A stretch of 44,129 nucleotides of DNA from Acidimicrobiia bacterium (GTDB taxonomy: Bacteria > Actinomycetota > Acidimicrobiia > Spongiisociales > ZC4RG35), in assembly GCA_033720975.1 (NCBI GenBank), contig JAWWBL010000003.1, forward strand, positions 1 to 44,129, read 5' to 3'. Under the pieces are notes generated by a model, which was not told the DNA's origin, ran no database searches, and saw only the letters and a program-made list of their open reading frames with translations. The position numbers and the translations under genes were made by a program. This document shows positions 1 to 10,035 of this stretch, piece by piece (the first letter of the stretch is position 1; every line of letters starts with the position of its first letter).

Positions 1-186
1 CCGGCCACGTACCTACCCGGAAGCGAGCCCGACGAGCCATTTGTCGCCGACATCCTCGCAATCGAAGGCGTTACGAGCGTCTTTCTGACCGCGGATTTTG
101 TGACCGTTTCCAAGGCTCCAACTACGTCATGGGACGCGATTGCGCCCCAGGCGAAGGCGATCCTAGAGAGCCAATTCCCCGCTTAG
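1..186 (+). CDS. NifU/Nfu N-terminal domain protein (5'-truncated by window edge)
   Basis: Frame 1 reads ...FVADILAIEGVTSVFLTADFVTVSKAPTTSWDAI...* (TAG 184-186). This resembles the Nfu_N pattern (L..I.GV..VF...DF.TV.K....W). Not in the ORF track because it has no start codon. Confidence 0.75.
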   Translation, partial: PATYLPGSEPDEPFVADILAIEGVTSVFLTADFVTVSKAPTTSWDAIAPQAKAILESQFPA

Positions 187-986
187 CCGGACAGGGCCAT
201 GTTGGTTGGACGGATGACCCCGTCCGGACCCGTGACCATCACGATCACTTCCCACAGCCCGTTGGGCAGAACTCGACCCCCGACGACTTCCCCGTATGCC
301 GAGACTTGAGAAGCGACATGGGGTGGCACCTGGACGAGGTCGATCACAGCTGACTCGGGCGGTGTGGCGAAAGCAACGACTGGCGCGCCCGCGATCCGGG
401 GCAGCCCGTCCTCACCGAACACGACGTCGATCGTTGCGACACGTGCTGGCAGCCGGGTGAATACCCCGTCGGGTCCCGACACCATTGATCTCACCACCAC
501 TTCGACGCGGTAGGTGAGGGGAGCCACTTCGGACACGTTCCTGGCCGAAACCCAGTCGACGAACACCTGCGTTCCCTCGGGAACAGTCGGCAGCGGGACC
601 GCCGCAGGCAGGAGCGCTCGCAGCGTCGACGTCGAGTCTTCCGAGCCATCGGCCGAGAAGTACTCGATCGTCAGCCACTCCGCATGAGCAGCGGCCTGAT
701 CGATCCGGCGCTCAGGGTCCACGGCGTAGAGGTCGGCCTCGGTAACGATGATTGGCGACGTGTTTGGAGGCGAGGCCGGTGGAATCGTGGGCGGAGCGAT
801 CGACGGCTGCGATACCAGCACTTCGGCTGGGCTCGCCGTTGGTTGGTTTCTCATGAACGAGTAGGCGAGCGCGCCAAGAGCCACCGCGACTGATACCGCG
901 ATGACCACCCACTGCCGGTCGTTCCGCGGCTTTTCCAGTGTCTCCCAGGGGATTCGCTCGTAGGTCTCCTGGCGCTCAGGGTCCAT
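183..986 (-). CDS. Hypothetical single-pass membrane protein (TM + Pro-rich linker + extracytoplasmic domain)
   Basis: 267-aa ORF with TM WVVIAVSVAVALGALAYSF and a Pro-rich linker. TACGTT lies 6 nt upstream of the ATG. Confidence 0.75.
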   Translation of the reverse strand: MDPERQETYERIPWETLEKPRNDRQWVVIAVSVAVALGALAYSFMRNQPTASPAEVLVSQPSIAPPTIPPASPPNTSPIIVTEADLYAVDPERRIDQAAAHAEWLTIEYFSADGSEDSTSTLRALLPAAVPLPTVPEGTQVFVDWVSARNVSEVAPLTYRVEVVVRSMVSGPDGVFTRLPARVATIDVVFGEDGLPRIAGAPVVAFATPPESAVIDLVQVPPHVASQVSAYGEVVGGRVLPNGLWEVIVMVTGPDGVIRPTNMALSG

Positions 987-1057
987 GGTCCGAACGTATG
1001 GGCTCTGCCGACGGCCTTCAAGGGGGTTGACTGAAGCTGTTCGACCGGCCCAACCAG

Positions 1058-1084
1058 GGAACCAACCGGCCCGGAGCTATCGTT
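1058..1084 (+). promoter_or_regulatory. Putative ECF (SigE/SigH-like) promoter GGAACC-N17-CGTT
   Basis: GGAACC at 1058-1063 and CGTT at 1081-1084, ending 9 nt before the ATG at 1094. Confidence 0.4.
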
Positions 1085-1093
1085 CGCTCGGTC

Positions 1094-1684
1094 ATGGCAG
1101 TCAACCTCGACCCGAAGCCGGGCCGCTGGATTCTCCCCCTTGTGATCTTGGGCATGATCGCGTTCACCTATTTCTTCGTGCGTGAGTTGCCAGCAGCGGC
1201 ACCCGACACCACCCGAGCCGCGTCGCCCACCACCACCACAACTGTCGGCTCGTCGACCACGACCACGCCTGTGGTGGTCGATCCGGCCGTGGTCGCCTAC
1301 CTCGACGAGATCGATGAGATAAACGACGAGTTGAAGATCCTCGAAACCGAGATGATCACCGTCAACGACGGGTTCGATGCCGATCCTCGAACGATCCAGT
1401 ACGGCGACGCGGAGACAAGGCTGGACGCCATCGTCACGGCGACCGGAGCACTATCCGACCGTTTCGATGCCCTGACTCCGCCGGACCTCCTCATCGTCAA
1501 CCACGACCTACTCAAGACTGCAATGGATCTCGCAGAAGCCGCGGCTCAGAACACCTTGGACGGATTGAGGTCAACGGACACGGGTGAGCAGCGGCGAGCC
1601 GGACGCGAAGGCTTTGTCCTCGCCGTCGCCGACTTCGCGCAGGAGGTGGCCAACGCCCACAATGTGGCGGAGGGCACCAGCTAG
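1094..1684 (+). CDS. Hypothetical membrane-anchored protein (TM, Thr-rich linker, helical domain)
   Basis: 196-aa ORF with TM WILPLVILGMIAFTYFFV, linker PTTTTTVGSSTTTTP and an acidic amphipathic C-terminus. Confidence 0.8.
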   Translation: MAVNLDPKPGRWILPLVILGMIAFTYFFVRELPAAAPDTTRAASPTTTTTVGSSTTTTPVVVDPAVVAYLDEIDEINDELKILETEMITVNDGFDADPRTIQYGDAETRLDAIVTATGALSDRFDALTPPDLLIVNHDLLKTAMDLAEAAAQNTLDGLRSTDTGEQRRAGREGFVLAVADFAQEVANAHNVAEGTS

Positions 1685-1695
1685 TCCCGCCTCGG

Positions 1696-1821
1696 GTTGC
1701 CACAGCAACAGTCAGCTGTATCCCGGGGAGTGGCGCACTTCCAACCCCTAGCGCAAAGCGGCTCCCGTTGCTATAGCAACAGTTATCGGTATCCGGGGAG
1801 TGGCGCACTTCCAACCCCTAG
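1696..1821. repeat. Two-copy ~55-bp direct repeat with internal palindromes (REP-like) between convergent genes
   Basis: Copies at 1696-1751 and 1767-1821. Each is GTTGC-N4-GCAAC...GTATCC(C)GGGGAGTGGCGCACTTCCAACCCCTAG. Confidence 0.85.
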
Positions 1822-1839
1822 GCGCCCCGCCCGGGGGAT

Positions 1840-3264
1840 TTAGATGTCGTAGTAGAGGTTGAACTCGTGCGGATGGGGACGCAGTCTGACCGGATCGACC
1901 TCGTGGGCGATCTTGTAGGCAACCCACGCGTCGATGAGCCCTTCGGTGAACACGCTCCCTTGGAGCAGGAACTTGTAGTCACCCTTCAAAGCCTCGAGCG
2001 CCTCACTGAGGCTGGAAGGGACCGAAGGCAAGCCCTCCAGTTCGGCGGGGCCCAGTTCGTAGATGTCCTTGTCCACCGGCTCGTGGGGCTCGATCCGGTT
2101 CTGGATCCCGTCCAGCCCGGCCATCAGCATCGCCGAGAAAGCCAGGTAGGGATTCGCAGACGGATCCGGACAGCGGAACTCGAGTCGCTTCGCCGCAGGG
2201 CTCTGGGAGTACTGCGGTATGCGCACCGCAGCCGAGCGGTTGCGGCTCGAATACACCAGATTCACCGGGGCCTCGTAACCCGGAACCAATCGGTGATAGG
2301 AGTTGGTGGTGGGAGCGGCGAAGGCCAGGATCGCCGGGGCATGCTCGAGGATCCCGCCGATGTACCACCTCGCCAAGTCTGAGAGGCCGGCATACCCTCC
2401 TTCGTCGTAGAAGAGCGGCTCACCGTTCTTCCAAAGTGACTGGTGGGTATGCATACCCGACCCGTTGTCCTCGAAGATCGGCTTGGGCATGAAGGTCACC
2501 GACTTCCCGGCCTCCCAGGCGGTGTTCTTGACGATGTACTTGTACAGCGTCACGTTGTCGGCCGTCCGGAGCAGCGTGTCGAATTTGATATCGATCTCTG
2601 CTTGGCCGGCGGTTCCGACCTCGTGATGCTGGACTTCGATCTCCATGCCGGCAGCTTCTAGCCGCGCCGTCATCTCAGAGCGCAGGTCTTGGAAATGGTC
2701 GGTGGGGGGAACCGGGAAGTAACCCTCCTTGTATCGAGGCTTGTACCCGAGGTTGCCGCCGGCCTCGACAGCACCTGAGTTCCAAGCTCCCTCTACCGAG
2801 TCGAGGAAGTAGAAACCAGAGTTCTGGTTCTGGCCGAAGCGAACGTCGTCGAAGATGTAGAACTCGGCCTCGGGCCCCCAATACGAGGTGTCGGCTATTC
2901 CCGTCCCAACCAGATACTCCTCCGCTTTCTTGGCAACGAATCGAGGGTCCTTCTCATATGGCAGCCCGGTGACCGGGTCGTGGACGAAGCAGTAGAGGAT
3001 CAGGGTCTTGCGCGCCCGGAACATGTCGTCGACCGCCGTGTTCGCATCCGGGATCAGAATCATGTCCGACTCCTGGATGTCTTGGAAGCCGCGGATGGAC
3101 GATCCGTCGAACCCAAAGCCCGCCTCGAAAGACTCCTCAGTGAGTTGGCGGCGGGGAACGGTGAAGTGCTGGACCTGGCCGGGCAGGTCGCAGAATCTGA
3201 GGTCGATGAACTCGTAGCCCTCGTCCTCGACCAAGGACAGGACGTCGGCGGCCGTCTGCGTCAC
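1840..3264 (-). CDS. glnA: Glutamine synthetase type I (GSI-beta)
   Basis: Motifs [22 protein letters not shown]...[15 protein letters not shown] and the adenylylation-site-like [12 protein letters not shown] start at 3264 has SD GAGGAG upstream and gives 474 aa. Confidence 0.97.
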   Translation of the reverse strand: MTQTAADVLSLVEDEGYEFIDLRFCDLPGQVQHFTVPRRQLTEESFEAGFGFDGSSIRGFQDIQESDMILIPDANTAVDDMFRARKTLILYCFVHDPVTGLPYEKDPRFVAKKAEEYLVGTGIADTSYWGPEAEFYIFDDVRFGQNQNSGFYFLDSVEGAWNSGAVEAGGNLGYKPRYKEGYFPVPPTDHFQDLRSEMTARLEAAGMEIEVQHHEVGTAGQAEIDIKFDTLLRTADNVTLYKYIVKNTAWEAGKSVTFMPKPIFEDNGSGMHTHQSLWKNGEPLFYDEGGYAGLSDLARWYIGGILEHAPAILAFAAPTTNSYHRLVPGYEAPVNLVYSSRNRSAAVRIPQYSQSPAAKRLEFRCPDPSANPYLAFSAMLMAGLDGIQNRIEPHEPVDKDIYELGPAELEGLPSVPSSLSEALEALKGDYKFLLQGSVFTEGLIDAWVAYKIAHEVDPVRLRPHPHEFNLYYDI

Positions 3265-3320
3265 GATGACTCCTCTCAGTCGCGTAGCGATCGTGATCCG
3301 TGACTTTGTAAGGCTCGTCG

Positions 3321-3358
3321 ATTGCCTTTCCGTTGCTGAACTGTGAACGCTGTGTTTC
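3321..3358 (-). promoter_or_regulatory. Putative GlnR binding site (four 11-bp-phased half-sites)
   Basis: Minus strand reads GAAAC-n6-TTCAC-n6-GCAAC-n6-GCAAT upstream of glnA. This matches the spacing of the actinobacterial GlnR box gTnAc-n6-GaAAc. Confidence 0.65.
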
Positions 3359-3418
3359 GCGTTCTCCACAGGACATATACCGGTCCGAGGAGCCTCACCG
3401 ACCGATAATCCGGCCAAC

Positions 3419-4486
3419 GTGATCGACGTCTATCAGTGGGACCCGGAAGGGGGGCGGCTGAAGGAGGCTTCTCTGGAGGTCTCGCCGTCTTCGACGCAAT
3501 GGCTTTGGATCGACATGAAAGACGAGAGCGAGGACAGTGTTCTCGAGATCGCAAGGAGGCTCGGGCTCGACGCCGCAATGGCCGAGGAGGCCGCAACCGT
3601 CTCCAAGTTGCCGCAGGTAGAGGAGTTCGACGACAGCACGTTCGTGGTGATGCACGGCTTCGTCACCGGATCCGGGGAGCGTCTCGTCACCGCGGAGGTC
3701 GACCTTTTCATCACAGACCGCTTCCTGCTGTCCATAACCCGGACTGAGGTGCCAACCGTAGAGACGCTCAAGACACGCCTCGAGGAAGCCGGCGGTCTTC
3801 CTGTTCCCACGCCTGCGGGGCTGGTGGCGGTCATGGCGGACCTGCTGTCGAAGCGGCTTGCCCCCCTCATACAAGAACTGGAACGGCAGGTCGACAGCCT
3901 CGAGGAGAAGGCCATTCGGGGTGATCCGGAGACGGCGGTCCAGGTCCATGCCCTACGGCGCGATGTGATCTTCCTACGGCGCGCCCTCGACCCCCAGTTC
4001 GACGTCTACGAAGACCTAGCTCACTCGAGGCACGATGCAGTCGACGAACCGGCGCGGCGAGCCTTCGCCCGTGTCTCCAACAAACACCGGAGGGCCCTCG
4101 AGTCCCTGGAAGCGGGCCGAGCTCTCCTCGGATCCGTGCTGGAGACCTACCGCGGGGCCGTGAACGACCAGACAAACGAGATCATGCGAGTGCTCACGGT
4201 GTTCTCGGCGATCATGCTCCCGCTCGGCCTCATCGCCGGAATGTGGGGCATGAACTTCGCCCGGATCCCCGGAACCGACCTCGAGTGGGGATTCTGGGCC
4301 CTCCTGGGATCGATGGTTGCACTCGCGGTGGGCGTCTGGATCTACTTCGCCCGCCGCGGTTTCATAGGCGCCCCCCGGCTCCGGGATCTGCCCCGCGCCG
4401 TGGGACTCGGCCTGGTGACGATCACAGTCGCTCCGGTCAAGGCAGTCGCCGAGGGGTTGAAGCAGCTGGGCCAATGGGAGGACTGA
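3419..4486 (+). CDS. corA: CorA family Mg2+/Co2+ transporter
   Basis: C-terminal [16 protein letters not shown]...GMWGMNF (GMN signature) and two TM helices. Confidence 0.92.
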   Translation: MIDVYQWDPEGGRLKEASLEVSPSSTQWLWIDMKDESEDSVLEIARRLGLDAAMAEEAATVSKLPQVEEFDDSTFVVMHGFVTGSGERLVTAEVDLFITDRFLLSITRTEVPTVETLKTRLEEAGGLPVPTPAGLVAVMADLLSKRLAPLIQELERQVDSLEEKAIRGDPETAVQVHALRRDVIFLRRALDPQFDVYEDLAHSRHDAVDEPARRAFARVSNKHRRALESLEAGRALLGSVLETYRGAVNDQTNEIMRVLTVFSAIMLPLGLIAGMWGMNFARIPGTDLEWGFWALLGSMVALAVGVWIYFARRGFIGAPRLRDLPRAVGLGLVTITVAPVKAVAEGLKQLGQWED

Positions 4487-4511
4487 AGACCCGCTAGCGT
4501 CGCGGCACGTA

Positions 4512-5786
4512 ATGCCAGCGACCATCGTCTTGGGCGCCCAGTGGGGCGATGAGGGCAAGGGCAGAGTCGTCGACTATTTCGCGCGATCGGCCGATTACGT
4601 CGTCCGCTACCAGGGCGGGAACAATGCGGGGCACACGATCGTCGTGGGCGATCAAAAGCTCGCTCTCTCGCTGATCCCATCGGGAATCCTCTATTCCAAA
4701 TGCATCCCCGTTATCGCATCGGGGACTGTCGTGGATCCCGCTGTCCTGCTCGCCGAGATGCATCTCACGGCGGCCAGAGATCTCGACCCCTCGCGGCTCC
4801 GCCTTTCGAGCAACGCCCATCTGATCATGCCCTATCACAAGAAGCTGGACGCGGCCATCGAGCGCTATCTGGGCAAGAACCAGATCGGAACGACGAAGAA
4901 GGGGATCGGTCCCGCCTATACGGACAAGTACTCCCGCTTTGGGATAAGGGTCCAGGATCTATTCGACCCGAAGATCTTCCGGGAAAAGGTGGAGGCGGCG
5001 CTTGAGGAGAAGAACAAGATCCTACCCAGGGTCTACAACACGCTCCCGATGGACGCGGACGAGATCGTCGAGGAGTACCTTGGCTACGCCGACGTGCTGA
5101 GACCGCACGTGACCGACACGTCTCTCCTGCTCTGGAACGCTCTTGAGGCAGATGAGGGCGTGCTATTCGAAGGAGCGCAAGGATCACTCCTCGACATCGA
5201 TCATGGCACCTATCCGTTCGTGACCTCGTCGAACCCGACTGCCGGGGGCGCCGTGATCGGATCAGGGATCGGGCCCAAGGCCATAGACGAAGTCGTCGGG
5301 GTGGCCAAGGCCTACATCTCTCGTGTGGGCACCGGTCCGTTCCCCACCGAACTGCATGACGAGACAGGCGAGCGAATGATTGAACTAGGTGGGGAATATG
5401 GGACGGTGACCGGGAGAAGGCGACGCTGTGGGTGGTTGGACATGCTTGCACTCAAATATGCGGTGAGGGTCAACAGCCTCACCAGGCTGTTCCTGACCAA
5501 GCTCGACATCCTCTCCGCATTCGAGACCATCAAAGTGGCAATCGGATACCGCGTCGACGGCACCACGTATCAGGAGTTTCCCGACCGCCAGTCGGTTCTA
5601 TATCACTGCGAGCCGGTGTATGAGGAGCTCGACGGGTGGACTGAGGACATAACCGGCGCCCGTGAGTACGGGGACCTGCCCAAGGCTGCCCGTGCCTATG
5701 TCGAATACGTCCAGGAGGCCGCAGGCGTGCCGGTTGGGTGGGTGTCGGTGGGCCCCGAGCGGTCCCAGCTCGTAGAGGTCGCGTGA
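4512..5786 (+). CDS. purA: Adenylosuccinate synthetase
   Basis: GAQWGDEGKG, GGNNAGHT, GIGPAY, EGAQG, GTYPFVTSS, TVTGRRRRCGW. Confidence 0.98.
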   Translation: MPATIVLGAQWGDEGKGRVVDYFARSADYVVRYQGGNNAGHTIVVGDQKLALSLIPSGILYSKCIPVIASGTVVDPAVLLAEMHLTAARDLDPSRLRLSSNAHLIMPYHKKLDAAIERYLGKNQIGTTKKGIGPAYTDKYSRFGIRVQDLFDPKIFREKVEAALEEKNKILPRVYNTLPMDADEIVEEYLGYADVLRPHVTDTSLLLWNALEADEGVLFEGAQGSLLDIDHGTYPFVTSSNPTAGGAVIGSGIGPKAIDEVVGVAKAYISRVGTGPFPTELHDETGERMIELGGEYGTVTGRRRRCGWLDMLALKYAVRVNSLTRLFLTKLDILSAFETIKVAIGYRVDGTTYQEFPDRQSVLYHCEPVYEELDGWTEDITGAREYGDLPKAARAYVEYVQEAAGVPVGWVSVGPERSQLVEVA

Positions 5787-7009
5787 AGATCCTTCTGGTC
5801 GGATCGGGTGGCCGTGAGCACAGCCTGGGATGGAAATTGGCCCGATCGGAGAGGGTGAGCGAGGTGATCTCCCTTCCAGGCAATCCAGGGCTTGCGCAAG
5901 TGGGTCCCATCGTTGAGGGAATCGACCCAAGCGACATTGGAGCCGTAGCGGCGATGGCCCGCATCCAGGGGGTCGACCTCGTCGTGGTGGGACCCGAGGC
6001 GCCGTTGGCGGCAGGCATCGTCGACGCCGTCTCAGCGTTGGGCATCCCCGTCTTCGGACCCACGAGGGCGGCGGCCAGGCTCGAGTCGTCCAAGGCTCAT
6101 GCGAAGGAGATCATGAGACGGGCTGGGGTTCCCGCCGGGGAATCCTGGGCATTCACCGAGCCTGGCCCGGCCAAGATGCATCTGGATCACTCGTCGGGGC
6201 CATACGTGGTGAAGGCGGACGGGTTGGCAGCGGGCAAAGGGGTTCTGGTCACCGAGGACCGTGAGGAAGCAATGGTTTGGGTGGATTACTGCTTCGAAGG
6301 CGCGTTCGGAGAGGCCGGGTCCTTGGTGTTGATCGAGGAGTACCTGGCCGGCCCCGAGATCAGCATCTTTGCCGTGTGCACAGATCGGGGGCCGTTGCCA
6401 CTCGAGCCGGCACGCGACTACAAGCGTCTTCTCGACGGCGATCTGGGGCCCAACACCGGGGGCATGGGCGCCTTCTCACCGGTGGCAGACCTGCTTCCCG
6501 GACTGATCGATGACGTAATGACCCGGGTCGTTACACCGACCCTCGCCCAGATGGAGGCCGAGGGCAGCCCATTCAGAGGATTCCTGTATGCGGGCATGGT
6601 CCTGACCGAGGAGGGGCCGAAGGTTCTCGAGTTCAACGTGCGGCTAGGGGATCCGGAGTGCCAGGCGATCCTGCCCCGCATGGAATCGGATCTCGTTGAC
6701 GTCCTCGAGGGCGCCAGCCCGGAGTGGGCGGACAACGCAACTGTGAATGTCGTGCTCGCCGCGGAGGGCTACCCGGCCAGTCCGGTCAAAGGCGCCGAGA
6801 TCACAGGGTTACACCAGGTGCCGGATGATGTGATCGTTTTTCATGCTGGAACCCGCCGCGTCGACGGGAAGCTATTGGTGGACGGAGGACGGGTGCTCAG
6901 TCTCGTGGGTATCGGGGACACCGTGGACAAAGCTCGTGACAGGGCGTACGAGACAGTTTCAGCCGTCGCCTGGCCCGGGGCCCAGTTCAGAACAGACATC
7001 GCAGTGTGA
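5783..7009 (+). CDS. purD: Phosphoribosylamine-glycine ligase
   Basis: GSGGREH, VVKADGLAAGKGV, GPNTGGMG, EFNVRLGDPE. GTG start overlaps the purA stop (GTGA). Confidence 0.97.
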   Translation: MKILLVGSGGREHSLGWKLARSERVSEVISLPGNPGLAQVGPIVEGIDPSDIGAVAAMARIQGVDLVVVGPEAPLAAGIVDAVSALGIPVFGPTRAAARLESSKAHAKEIMRRAGVPAGESWAFTEPGPAKMHLDHSSGPYVVKADGLAAGKGVLVTEDREEAMVWVDYCFEGAFGEAGSLVLIEEYLAGPEISIFAVCTDRGPLPLEPARDYKRLLDGDLGPNTGGMGAFSPVADLLPGLIDDVMTRVVTPTLAQMEAEGSPFRGFLYAGMVLTEEGPKVLEFNVRLGDPECQAILPRMESDLVDVLEGASPEWADNATVNVVLAAEGYPASPVKGAEITGLHQVPDDVIVFHAGTRRVDGKLLVDGGRVLSLVGIGDTVDKARDRAYETVSAVAWPGAQFRTDIAV

Positions 7010-7073
7010 TTACGGTCATTCTCGAGAGAGTTAGCGCCCCTATAGGGCGGGTACTACCTGAGGTTTGCGATAG

Positions 7074-7538
7074 ATGAGTCACAAGGTGGCGATCGTCATG
7101 GGATCCGGCTCGGACCGGCCCGTGATGGAGAAGGCAGGTGCGATGCTCGAGGAGTTCGGCATCGAGCACGAGACGCGGGTGCTCTCGGCACACAAGACCC
7201 CGGACCAGGCGATCGAGTTCGCAGAGCGGGCCGCCGAGAACGGGTTCGAGGTGATCATCGCGGGCGCGGGGAAGGCCGCCCACCTCGCGGGCGTGATGGC
7301 GGCGAAGTCGCTCCTTCCGGTGATCGGCGTGCCCATCAACGCCTCGCTCGACGGCATGGACGCCCTCCTGGCAACCGTCCAGATGCCGACCGGCATCCCC
7401 GTGGCAACCGTGGCAGTGGATGGTGCGGCCAATGCTGCTCTTCTCGCAGTGGCGATGCTGGCCATCACCGACCCGGACCTGGCCGGGAAGCTAGCGGAGT
7501 ACCGCAAGGACCTGGCCGCGAAGACCCTCGCCGGTTAG
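7074..7538 (+). CDS. purE: N5-CAIR mutase / AIR carboxylase family protein
   Basis: MGSGSD, SAHKTP, AGAGKAAHLAG, PVIGVP, VQMPTGIPVATV. Confidence 0.96.
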   Translation: MSHKVAIVMGSGSDRPVMEKAGAMLEEFGIEHETRVLSAHKTPDQAIEFAERAAENGFEVIIAGAGKAAHLAGVMAAKSLLPVIGVPINASLDGMDALLATVQMPTGIPVATVAVDGAANAALLAVAMLAITDPDLAGKLAEYRKDLAAKTLAG

Positions 7539-7559
7539 CCCGATACCATCCCAGAGACG

Positions 7560-8744
<1,185 letters not shown>

Positions 8745-8753
8745 CCCCCTCGA

Positions 8754-8837
8754 GCCTTTCTGTGCGGATTTACCGCCCGGTATGGCCCGAAAATCCGCAC
8801 AGAACGGGATGAGGCCCGAAAATCCTCACAGAAAGGC
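8754..8837. repeat. Composite inverted repeat (REP/BIME-like) between convergent genes
   Basis: Left arm GCCTTTCTGTGCGGATTT at 8754-8771. Inverted copies at 8791-8804 (14/14) and 8820-8837 (17/18). Confidence 0.85.
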
Positions 8838-9998
8838 ATGGAGGTCGCCGTTGGCGGCGATGTCGACCCGGCCCATGCCCAACCAAGAGGCAACGAGCTC
8901 CAACTCTTCTCCCAGCGCCCGGCCCACCGCGGTCCTATCCACACCCGGCTCGGCAAAAGCACCTTTCACCCGCAAGACGCCTGCCTGCCGATCTGTTTTG
9001 AGGTCGACCCTGGCCACCAGGTCTCCGTCGAGCAGGAAAGGCAGTACGTAGTACCCGTAGACCCGCTTCGCCTCCGGAACGTAGATCTCGATTCGATAGT
9101 GAAAGTCCCACAATCGCTCGACCCGATCCCGATACCAGATCAGGTTGTCGAACGGCGACAACAGAGCAGGGCCGGTCGATCGGCGCGCCAGCGTGGCCCT
9201 CGGGTGCAAATACGCAGGACGGTCCCAGCCCTCGACCTCCACTTCCACCAACTCGCCACGGTCAGCCAGGCGTTCGATCAAAGGGCGGGCCTCGGGCATT
9301 CGTATCCGGTAATAGTCGGCCAGGTCGTCTGCCGTCGCCACCCCCATCGCGTCAGCAGCCTCCAATAGGAGAGCGCTCTGGGCCTCCTCCCGCCCGGGCG
9401 ACGAAGCTTCGAGGTGCTCCATGGGAACTACGCGTTCGGTTATGTCGTACATGCGAACGAAACCGCGGCGGTCGGCCGTCGTGACATGCCCGTCCGCAAA
9501 CAGAGCTTCCAGGGCTATTTTGCCGTCGTTCCAATTCCACATGGTGCGGCCGAGTCGTTCCCCGGGATCGGCCAGATCTTTGGTCTGAATCGGCCCACGC
9601 TCGGCCACCTGGTCGAGGACAGACTCGACGAACCCGGGCTTTTTCTCGCGGAGATCGCGATAGGCCTGCCAACTCAGCGGGTCCTGCATCCGCCAGCGGA
9701 AAAGCGAATGGTGTTTGGCGGGCAGGAGCGAGGCCATGTGACCCCAATACTCGAACAACTCTCCAGACCGCCAAAGCCACCCATCGAGGGCCTCCCGATC
9801 GTATGACCCCAGCCTCGTGAAGAAGGGCATGTAATGAGTGCGACTGAACACATTCACCGAGTCGAGCTGGATCACCTTCAGCCGATCGAGGACCTTCCGA
9901 AAATGGCGCACATCGACCCGCCCGCTTGCCCTCGGCTCGGTCAAGCCTTGGGCTGCCAGTGCATATCGCCTGGCCTGGTCGATGTTGAGGCGACGCAT
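8826..9998 (-). CDS. ycaQ: YcaQ/AlkZ (HTH_42) family crosslink-repair DNA glycosylase
   Basis: IQLDSVNV (QxD motif), LFEYWGH, LLSPFDNLIW.R.R, FHYRIEIY.P..KR.YGYYVLP. Confidence 0.9.
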   Translation of the reverse strand: MRRLNIDQARRYALAAQGLTEPRASGRVDVRHFRKVLDRLKVIQLDSVNVFSRTHYMPFFTRLGSYDREALDGWLWRSGELFEYWGHMASLLPAKHHSLFRWRMQDPLSWQAYRDLREKKPGFVESVLDQVAERGPIQTKDLADPGERLGRTMWNWNDGKIALEALFADGHVTTADRRGFVRMYDITERVVPMEHLEASSPGREEAQSALLLEAADAMGVATADDLADYYRIRMPEARPLIERLADRGELVEVEVEGWDRPAYLHPRATLARRSTGPALLSPFDNLIWYRDRVERLWDFHYRIEIYVPEAKRVYGYYVLPFLLDGDLVARVDLKTDRQAGVLRVKGAFAEPGVDRTAVGRALGEELELVASWLGMGRVDIAANGDLHAFL

Positions 9999-10035
9999 TG
10001 GCCGGCGACGGTACTTGCTATGCCAATATCAGACC

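Noticed and set aside
1696-1821. CRISPR array interpretation of the tandem repeat
   Set aside because: Only two copies, a ~55-bp unit, a 15-nt gap and no cas genes in the window.
3265-3417. N-terminal extension of GlnA in the ORF track (525 aa)
   Set aside because: Homology and the SD support GTG at 3264. The extension covers the promoter and GlnR-like boxes.
7010-7073. Hairpin CGCCC-CTATA-GGGCG upstream of purE as a purine/ZMP riboswitch
   Set aside because: The region is only 64 nt and lacks recognisable aptamer consensus elements.
9838-10035. Long upstream extensions of purB (and similarly purD, purS, purQ, purF, pucD, pucC, DoxX, thioesterase)
   Set aside because: The extensions overlap neighbouring genes and lack homology-like sequence. 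Shorter starts fit stop/start overlaps or -10 boxes.
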